Source: an uncultured Planctomycetota bacterium
GTDB taxonomy: Bacteria > Planctomycetota > Planctomycetia > Gemmatales > Gemmataceae
Direction: 5' to 3'
NCBI GenBank assembly: GCA_963849325.1
Contig: CAWKHF010000005.1
Span: 32,001-96,000, forward strand
DNA: 64,000 bases
The notes beneath the pieces were generated by a model that saw only the letters and a program-made list of their open reading frames with translations, did not search any database and was not told the DNA's origin. Position 1 is the first letter of the stretch. Each line of letters opens with the position of its first letter. The position numbers and the translations under genes are program-made. Positions 55,658 through 64,000 of the stretch are shown in pieces.

Positions 55658-58042
55658 TCAGTCGGGGCGCGACGGCTCTCTCTCGCGCCGGGGCCGGAAG
55701 GAGGGGCCGCCCGACGGCCAAGCGCGCATCCGTTTCGTCAACTCCTCGGCCTGGAGCGACGCCTTCGCGGCCAATTCCGGTTCCTGCAGACGCTGGAGGA
55801 CAGCCGCGAGGTTCCGGTACTGCTCGGCGAGCAACTCGCTGCTCGGCCGCATGCGCGGATCGCCCTTGCGTCCCGTCTGCAAGTCGGCGATCGACTCTTC
55901 CAGCACGGCGCGGGCGTCGGCGGGGTGGTCGCGCTCGAGGAGCAGGTTGGCCAGGGCTTCCCGCGCCTGTGCCCGCTCGAACGCATCGCCGAAGAAGGCG
56001 TTCGTCCGGCGATCGAGCGCCTGGAGTTGATCGATCGTCCGCCGATACGATGCCTCGGCCTCGTCCTTTCGCCCCTGCTGCCGCAGGACGGCGCCGAGCC
56101 TGCTTTGGATGTGGGGGACAAGGCGGACGTAGCGCGGCTCCGTGGCGTCGGCCCTGGTCAACTCCTCGGCGAGTGCCAGGGCGCGGCGCAGCGCTGCTCC
56201 ATCGGAGCCAACGCCGTCGGCTCCGTCGCACGAGGATCGATGCGAGCGTAGGTCTGGGCCAGTTCGTAGCGGTAGTCGAGGTTCGTAGGAGAGGCGGCGG
56301 CCAGTTCCTCCAGCATGGCGACGGCGCGGCGGTAGGAGGCGGCCGCCTTGTCGGACTGGCCGCGGTGCAGGTGGATGTCGCCGACGTGGCGGTGGGCCTT
56401 GGCGGCCTCGACCCGCACGCGCGAGTTGGTCTCGTTCTCCTTGGCGAATTCGTCGTAGAACTGCAACACGTCCTGGAGCAAGGCTGCCTCTCGTTCCGTC
56501 TGCGCGCGTGCGGCGGCCGGCGCGACGACGGCCCCGTTTCCTGGGCGGCCAGATCCTCGAAAATGCCCTCGAAGGCTTGCAGCGACAGGCGCACGTTGCT
56601 CTCGGCGCGTTCGGTCGCCTTCTCGGCCCTCTCGCGTTGCTGGGCCTCGCTCGCCAGGGCGTACTCGGCCTCGCGCCACTTCCAGACCACGCCGGCGAAG
56701 CCGGCGAGGAACACGAACACCAGCGCGGCCAGGAGGGCGGCGACCACGCGGTTGCGGCGATACCAACGCAGCAAGCGCTCGGGGGCGGTAATGCGGCGAG
56801 CGCGGATCGGCCGGTCGTCGAGAAAGCAGCGCAGGTCGTCGGCCAATTCCGCCGCCGTCGAATAGCGGCGGGCCGGCTCGCGCGCGATGGCCTTGAGGAG
56901 GATCGTTTCCAGGTTGCGCGGGATGGCCGGGTTGAGCTTGCGCGGCCGGATCGGTTCGTGGGCGCTGACCTGCTGGAGCAGCTTCGCCGGGTTGGACTCG
57001 GGGAACGGCGGCGTCAGCGTCAGCAGCTCGTACAGCGTCAGGCCCAGGCTGTACACGTCGCCGCGCGCGTCGCTCGGCCCGTGCAGGCTCTCGGGGGCCA
57101 GGTATTGCAGCGTGCCGACCAGGTCGCCGGTGCTGGTCAAGTTGTTCTGCTCGGACAGCTTGGCCAGGCCGAAATCGGTTAGCCAGACGGTACCCTGCGA
57201 ATCGAGCAGGATGTTGGCCGGCTTGACGTCGCGGTGCAGGGTGCCGTGCTGGTGGGCGTAGGCCAGGGCGTCGGCGGCCTGCACGCCGATGCGGGCGACC
57301 TCATGCCAGTGCGCATTGGCCGACCAACTTCCCCCCCTCTCCCCCGAAGTGGGGGAGAGGGGTTGGGGGTGAGGGGGCGGCTCCTCCCCCTCACCCCCAA
57401 CCCCTCTCCCCCACTTCGGGGAGAGGGGAGAGCGGATGCCGTCGTGCCCGAGAGATTGGCGGCGGTGGCCGGCTCGGCTCGGCTCATGATCTCCGGCCAG
57501 GAGACGCCGCGGCGCAGACGGGCCAGCACTTCATGCAGCCCCTGACCCGGAATGAGCTGCATGACGTAGTAATGCAGGCCGTCGTCCTCGCCGACGCCGA
57601 AGACCGGCACGATGTTGCTGTGGTGCAGCCCGGCGGCGGCCTGCGCCTCGCGCTGGAAGCGCGCCAGCTTCTTGGGATCCAGCAGCGAATGGCGCGGCAG
57701 CACCTTCAGGGCGACGTGGCGGCCGAGCGATTCCTGGACGGCCTCGTAAACGATGCCCATGCCGCCGCGGCCCAGCTCGCGGACGATGCGGTAATCGCCC
57801 AGGCGCTCGATCGTCTCGCGTCCAAGCGCGGCGGCCGCGCCCTGCTTGTGCCGGCGCAGCTGCTCCATGAAGGCCGCCGCCGGCAGTAGCTCACGCAGCT
57901 CGTCGGCCCATTGCGGATAGCGCGTCAGATATTCGCTCAGCGACGGCATTTCGCCGCGACGGCAGCGCGCCGCGAACTCCTCGGCCACCACGTCGAGCGG
58001 ATCGCGTTCGTCGAGGACTTCCGGATGCGGGGGGTCGATCAT
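55658..58042 (-). CDS. Ser/Thr kinase with TPR-like C-terminus, frameshifted
   Basis: LGRGGMG, VALK, HRDVKPANIL, DFG, APE across several ORFs. Confidence 0.9.
57334..57428. repeat. palindromic repeat inside kinase CDS
   Basis: About 43-bp arms CCCCTCTCCCCCGAAGTGGGGGAGAGGGGTTGGGGGTGAGGGGG and its reverse complement. Confidence 0.88.
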
Positions 58043-58682
58043 GGCGGGCCGTCCAGGAAACCGGGGATGTCGGTGAGGATGTCCTTGAGTCGCCGCAGGC
58101 GCGGACGTAGCGCTTGCTGGCGGCGGCCGGCTGAATGCCGAGCACTTCCGCCGTCTCGTGATTGCTCATCTCCTCGAAGTGCCGCAGCGTCAGCACTTCG
58201 CGATCCAGCGGGTCCATGCCGGCCAGCGCGTCCTCCAGCATGGCGAAGCGCTCGGCCCGCACCACCGCTTCGCTCGGCGACGTCAGGTGCTCGACCAGCC
58301 GCGCCGCCAGGCACGTCGAGCTGGCGGAGGGGATGCCGGCCTGGTTGAGCGAGATTTCCTGACCGGCGTTGCGGGACTGCGCTCCCAGGTGCTGGCGATG
58401 GACCTCGATCAGCCGTTGGCCGGCGACCCAGCGCAGCCACAAAAAGAACGGCATGTCCGGCTTGGCGAAGTAGTGTTCGACGCGCTTGAGGGCGTCGATG
58501 TAGGCTTCCTGCAGCACGTCCGAAGGCGAGACGCGGCCATTGAGCCGATGATCGAGCCGCACGTCGATCATTCGTCGCAACGGATCGCGGTAACGCGCGA
58601 ACAGGTCGGCCAGCGCCTGCTGCTCGCCCTGGCGCAGACGGACCAACAACTCCGAAATGTCCGTCGCGTCGTCGCCGGTCAT
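58039..58682 (-). CDS. ECF sigma-70 factor, frameshift near 58100
   Basis: SPSDVLQE, FFLWLR, DREVLTLRHFE, AASKRYVRA. Confidence 0.9.
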
Positions 58683-58888
58683 GATCGCCGATTCTCCGCC
58701 GGTCGAGACCTCTACTCTGTTAAACGCGAACGCGGACCGTCCGGCGACAAGCCCGGCGGACCATTCGTCATTGTCGCCCCGGCGAGAGGTGGACGGAAGG
58801 TGAATTTCCCCTCCGCATCGCTGTCCGAGCCCGGATTCTTCGTTGTCGCCACCGCCAGCGGAAGGCGAAGGGGATGCCCACCCGCTTG

Positions 58889-59314
58889 CTATTCGAGCCA
58901 GTTCTCGAAGCGCAGTCCCGGCACTTTCTCGAAATCCCGCCGATTGGCCGTAAGCAACAGGGCGTTATTGGCCATGGCGATGCAGGCTGTCTTCAAATCC
59001 ATGGTGGCGATTTTCACGCCCGATTTGCGGAAGCCGTTGAAAAGCCCAGCGGCTTTTGCATCCAGTAATACAATCGTGTAGCCGGAGAAAAAGGTGAAGA
59101 GTTCAGCCAGCTCACGATACGCGGATAACTGCCGTTCGATCCGTCGTTCTTTGGCGATGGCCGAAAGCCAGCCGCGCATCGCCTCCTCGACGTTTGCAAT
59201 GGATGTGGCGATCGGCTTTTCCGTCGCTTGATCTAAACGGGCGGTGAGCTGGAGCGCGCGTTCGCTGTTATGATACCGCAGGATTGATAAATGGTCCGAG
59301 TCCAGAATGATCAT
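58889..59314 (-). CDS. PIN/VapC toxin
   Basis: ILDSD, EE, MDLK, TANRRDF..VPGL. Confidence 0.88.
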   Translation of the reverse strand: MIILDSDHLSILRYHNSERALQLTARLDQATEKPIATSIANVEEAMRGWLSAIAKERRIERQLSAYRELAELFTFFSGYTIVLLDAKAAGLFNGFRKSGVKIATMDLKTACIAMANNALLLTANRRDFEKVPGLRFENWLE

Positions 59315-59526
59315 TCGCCCTCTTCCGTTTCGGCCGCCCGGCGATCGGCGTCACGCAGGGCATCCATCTCCGCTTGCATGAGGCGCGAAAAATCGGTCAT
59401 TTCCGAAATGCCGACGACGCTTCGCCAATCTTTGGTCGGCGCAATGACCGACGGCTGTTTCTCGTTCAGGCGGCGCTCGATTTCGTCGAGGCGGCGGGCC
59501 AGGCTTTCCAAAGTCAATTCCGACAT
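59311..59526 (-). CDS. putative antitoxin
   Basis: Small ORF overlapping toxin start (ATGA). Confidence 0.7.
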   Translation of the reverse strand: MSELTLESLARRLDEIERRLNEKQPSVIAPTKDWRSVVGISEMTDFSRLMQAEMDALRDADRRAAETEEGE

Positions 59527-59778
59527 AGTGATTCTCCCCGAATTCGGATGGAGGTATTCTACCCGGGTAAGGATCATTTCGCAGCGCCGGATTCAGCCCA
59601 TTTCCGCCGCCGATCAGCCGAGCCGGCGAGGGAACCGAGCCGGCCGCGTTCGGCCAGGCAGGGCCGAGGGCAGTCTATTGCAGTGGGGGCGACACGGACA
59701 TTCCTCGGCAACAGCCGCCACGCTACTTCTGGAACTCCCCTTTGTCGTAGCGAACCCGGAACTCCGCCGCTGGCCAGC

Positions 59779-60184
59779 TCACCAAATCACGGTCCCGAGT
59801 CCTGAACTCTGAATGACCGAATCCCGAGTCCGTAGCGCTACCGTGGCGCCCTTGTCCTGCAAAACCAAGGCCGACGCCACGATCTGGCGATCGTGCATCT
59901 CGTCGATCACCGCAAGGCCAAGGCTGCGGTCCAGAACCTCTCGGTTCAATGGCGTGATTTCGAGTCGCGGATCGGCGTCCACGACCGCAAGCAGATCTTG
60001 CACGTTTGAAATCGTGGATTTGCCATGTTCGACAATCCAGCACGCTTCGGCGAGGGCGATCATCGGCAGCACCAACTCGCTGCTTGGATCCGCAAGGATG
60101 GTTTTGGCGCTGGAACCCAGCCGCGAATTTCCTTCCAGATGCCATACGAGGGCATGTGTGTCCAGAATGTGTTTAGTGGTCATC
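59779..60184 (-). CDS. PIN domain toxin
   Basis: ILDTHALVW, LAEA, MHDRQIVA, TRD. Confidence 0.88.
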
Positions 60185-60403
60185 GTTGTTATCGCCGTGC
60201 CACTCCGCATTGCGGAAGTCTTCCTCGGTGGACATTTTTTCTATCGGGCCCGAAAACTGGCCGAACCGCATCATCCGCGGGCGCGGCTGGGCCTGGGCGG
60301 ACCCCAGGAAGGTGACGAGGACTTTCGCTTCGCGCAGGCCTTGCGGCGTCTCGCTCAATTCCACTTTCCCCTCTTTGAATGTGCCTTCGATGGTGAAAAG
60401 CAT
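60173..60403 (-). CDS. putative antitoxin
   Basis: GGAGG RBS; IEGTFKEGKVEL; overlaps toxin start. Confidence 0.75.
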   Translation of the reverse strand: MLFTIEGTFKEGKVELSETPQGLREAKVLVTFLGSAQAQPRPRMMRFGQFSGPIEKMSTEEDFRNAEWHGDNNDDH

Positions 60404-60440
60404 GGCTTATTCCTCCCAGGAGAACTTCGTGCCGTGAGAG

Positions 60441-60677
60441 TCAGCTCGAAGGCGAAATGTTTGCCGCCGACTCGAAGCTGACTCCTCTGATCGACGTGCC
60501 GTCGAGCATATCCAACTCACCGTTGCGCTGGTAAACCAACACCGTTCGTCCTTGTTCGGGTGGGACGAGAATAACGTCACGGCCTGTCACTGGAACGCGC
60601 CGGCCATCGGCAATGTTGAACGTGAAGGGTACGAAGGGGGACGCGACCATACATTTTCTCAATTCGTCAACTGACAT
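60441..60677 (-). CDS. hypothetical protein
   Basis: PFVPFTFNIADGRRVPV; AAGGA RBS. Confidence 0.7.
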   Translation of the reverse strand: MSVDELRKCMVASPFVPFTFNIADGRRVPVTGRDVILVPPEQGRTVLVYQRNGELDMLDGTSIRGVSFESAANISPSS

Positions 60678-60739
60678 GGTGTTTTCCTTTCCCTTTGCGC
60701 GTATCTACCACATATTGTAAGCCGGCAACAGCCGCCACG

Positions 60740-63700
60740 CTACTTCTGGAACTCCCCCTTGTCGTAGCGATCCCAGAACTCCGCCGCCGGCCAGGCTTGC
60801 TTCCATGCGAGGCCGATGGTTTCGAGGCTCTTCATGTCGCGGAGAATATCCAGGCCCCGAGTGATGTTCTTCGGGGTCAGGCGGATGTGTTCCAGCGGCA
60901 TGCCTTGCAGGGGAGTCAGGTCGGTGATGGCGGTGTTGTTCATGTTCAACTCCCTCAGCGACATGCCCTTGAACTGGGCCAGACCCGCATCGCCCACCTG
61001 CGTGCTGTCCACGTACAGGAACTTCAGGTTCTTGCAGTCCTTGAAGTGGGCCAGGCCCACGTCGCTCACCTTCGTTCCGGCCAGATTGAGGTTCCTCATG
61101 GCCTTACAGCCCTGGAAATGGACCAGGCCCGCGTCGCCGACCGGCGCGTTATTCAACCAGAGAGTGGTCAGGTTCTTGCAGTCCTTGAAGTGGACCATGC
61201 CCGCGTCGGTCACCTTCGTGTTGTCCAGATAGAGGTGCCTCAGGTCTTTGCAGTCCTTGAAGTGGACCATGCCCGCGTCGGTCACCTTCGTCTGGACCAG
61301 GTTAAGAATCGTCAGGTTCGCCAGTTTCATTCTCTTCAGCGGCGTCAGGTCTGCCAGGAGCCCGTTGGGCTTGAAGTTGGCCCATGTGCCGCTGCAATCG
61401 AGCACCCGCAGGGCAGTCCAGACTCGAATCGGGGCGATGTCCGTCACCTTGTCGGTCACGATCCGGAATTCCGTGACGACGCCGTCCTCGATCTTGTACT
61501 TCATCTGGCCGTCGAAGCCGGGGTTGCGTCGCACCAGCTCCTTCCGCACTTCCTCGACCTGCAGGGCGGCGGGCAGGGCGGCGATGCGCTGCACGTCGGC
61601 GTCGGTAAACGGAGCGATCGCCGGCGCTGCGGGTTTGTTCTTCGTCCCGCTCTCGGTCCCGGCGCCGGCAGGAGGCGAAACGAGCAGCACACGAAAACCG
61701 CCGTGACCGTGGCGGCTATCGGGAGCTACGTAGCCGCGGAACGCCGAGCGGCAGTACACGGGCCCGAACGGATACGAGCCGCCGCGGGCCACGCGACCGC
61801 CGCCAGCGCTTGGGCCGGGCGGGTCTTTCACAGGGCTGTTCTTGTAATAGTCCGGATCGTAGTTGTCCTGACACCATTCCCATGCGTTGCCGTGCATGCC
61901 GTAAAGACCCCAAGCGTTGGGCTTCTTCTTGCCCACCGGATGCGTTCCGACGCCTGGGTGCTGTCCGAAACGAGGGCGAGCGCCTGCATTCGTGGCGTAC
62001 CAGGCATATTCTTCCAGCTGTGCTTCGTCGTCGCCAAAGCAGTACCGACTCCCGGCTTTCCCGGCCCGGCAGCTATGTTCCCATTCGGCCTCGGTGGGCA
62101 AGCGGTATTCTTTCCCTTCCTTCTTGCTCAACCATTTGCAAAAATCCACCGCATTGTTCCACGAAACCCAGACCACCGGATGCTGGTCCGTCTGATCGAA
62201 CCCCGGATTTCTCCATGTGCCATCACCCACCTGGTAGCCCTGTTCGTCAACGAATTGTCGAAATTGCCCGACCATGACTTCCGTGGCTCCCAGGTAAAAT
62301 GGCTGCGTGATCTCCACGAGATGCTCCGGACCCTCGGTCGCCAGGGTCTTCTTTACCCAAAGCTCTGCACCTTCTAACTGCTTAAGGCAACGGTCGATCT
62401 CTTCTTTCGGCGATCCCATCGTGAACTTGCCTGCCGGGATGAGCTTGAACTTCATCCCCAGCGTGTTGGTGAAATCCGTGGAGGGTCCGTTGTCCTTCGC
62501 TTGGTCACCGCTTTGGAGCAGGTCGGGCGTCGGTTGCTGCTTCGGCAACAGATGTGTGATCCCGGCGATCTCCGTCAGCGCCAGCGCAACGACGGGAAGC
62601 AATAGGGCTGCTGCCGCGACCCATTTCCACCGGCCGCTCGCCCCTGCCGCGGGTTTGCTCTGCGGGATGCGGGAGAAATCCTTGAGCTTGGCGTTGGCCT
62701 TGAGCTGGGCCTCGCAGTCGGTGAGCACGTCGGCCACTTCCCGGGCCGACTGGTAGCGGTCGTCCGGATCCTTGGCGTGCAGCTTGGCAATGATGTCGCA
62801 CAGCCACTGCGGCGTCTCGGGGATGATCTCGCGGATGGCCCGCGGCTTGTCCTCGGCGACGCGCTTCAGCACCGCGACCGCGCGTATTCGCCCGGAACGG
62901 CGGCCGGCCGGCCACCATCTGATAAAGCACGCTGCCGAGGCTGAACAGGTCGGCCCGCTGGTCGAGCGTTTGACCCTGGGCTTGTTCGGGGGCCATATAC
63001 ATCGGGGTTCCGGCGATGATGCCGCTCTGCGAGATGCTGGCGTCGTCGGCCGTCCGCGCCAGCCCGAAGTCGCTGATCTTCACCTTGTGTTGTCCGCCTT
63101 CGAGAAGCACGTTGCCCGGTTTGATGTCGCGATGGATCAAGTCCGTCGCATGGGCCGCGGCCAGACCCTCAGCGATCTGCCGGCCAATTCGCAACACTTC
63201 CGGCACCTCGAGCGGGCCGGTCCGGTCGAGCTTCTGCTGAAGCGTCTCGCCAGGGACGAACTCCATCGTCAGGTAGGGGAGCGGCTGTTCGCCGACCTCG
63301 TAGATCTGCACCACGTTCTCGTGCCGCACCTGCGCGGACGACCGGGCTTCGCGCAGGAACCGTTTGCGCGGGGGACAGGGTGGCAATCTGCGGGGCCATT
63401 ACCTTCACCGCGACCACGCGCTGCAACACGTCGTCGAAGGCGCGAAAGACGATGCCGAAGCCGCCGCGGCCGAGCACCTGGAGCATTTCGTAATGCCCCA
63501 GCCGGCCCAGCGAGTCGGGCCGGCTGGACGGGGTGAGGAATTTCCGGTCGTCGGAATCGTCTTCGTGGTCTTTTTCGGCAGACACGGCAGCCGCCGAGAT
63601 CGTGACCGTGTTTTCTTCCCTCGAACCCGCCTTGACCTGCTCGGCCGCCGGAACGTCCAGAAACTCCCCGCTGCGGAAGTGCGCGGCCAGCAGGGCCTCG

Positions 63701-63810
63701 ACCTGGCGGCGGAACACAGCGTCCTCGCCGCAAGTCTCGTTCAGATAAGCGGCTCGGGCGGCGGTATCGGACAGGTCGAGGGCAGCGAGAAAGACTTGTT
63801 CTTCGGTCAT
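60740..63810 (-). CDS. Ser/Thr kinase + FGE-sulfatase domain + LRR, frameshifted
   Basis: LGRGGFG, HRDIKPGN, DFG; RLPTEAEWE, GNAWEWC; 24-aa LRRs TKVTDAGMVHFKDCK. Confidence 0.9.
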
Positions 63811-63888
63811 GGCGGGGTCTCCGCAAGGGATCACGGTTCCGGCCTCACTCCCAATGCGTAATCCGCCCGAAAAACCGGCCAAGAAGGT

Positions 63889-64000
63889 TCAAGATTTTTC
63901 CCCGCTGCCTTCGACGGCCCGCCGCAGCCAGGCGCGGGCGTAGGCCCAGTGGCGGCCCGCCGTCCGCTCCGACAGCCCCAGCGCCGCGGCGGCTTCGGGG
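63889..64000 (-). CDS. ECF sigma factor C-terminus (partial)
   Basis: EAAAALGLSERTAGRHWAYARAWL. Confidence 0.85.
   Translation of the reverse strand, partial: PEAAAALGLSERTAGRHWAYARAWLRRAVEGSGEKS

Larger units (their letters stand above)
59706..60795. repeat. about 72-bp direct repeat pair (59706-59777 and 60723-60795)
   Basis: CGGCAACAGCCGCCACGCTACTTCTGGAACTCCCC... equals the 3' end of the kinase-LRR gene. Confidence 0.85.

Noticed and set aside
61170-61300. 72-bp tandem DNA repeats
   Set aside because: Explained by the 24-aa LRR units of the kinase

Overview
GC-rich bacterial DNA that looks like Planctomycetota (DUF1501/DUF1553 genes, ECF sigma + Ser/Thr kinase pairs). (1) 1-29.07 kb is the tRNA-Ser(GGA)-proximal part of an integrative element whose other end lies outside the window. 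It carries a tyrosine integrase, MOBF relaxase-helicase, VirD4-like coupling protein, ParB, excisionase-like HTH, a P-loop ATPase, a DEAH helicase missed by the ORF track, a captured int-attP-alpA fragment, and energy cargo (phosphoketolase, full N-ATPase operon, PPK2). Next to the coupling protein lie an array of five repeat-punctuated small membrane-peptide genes and three proteins sharing a relaxase-like C-terminal tail; no VirB4/mating-pair genes are visible. (2) 32.05-39.63 kb is a decayed integron (intI remnant, attI, three attC sites) hit by three IS elements. One is an IS1111-type element inside an attC, with target-matching guides readable in its non-coding end. A second attC carries an ORF-less 243-bp insert at the same nucleotide. 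(3) 39.7-64 kb is ordinary chromosome with palindromic repeats and TA modules. About 20 apparent frameshifts are spread across unrelated genes, probably long-read errors. All calls come from reading motifs by eye; no database searches were run.
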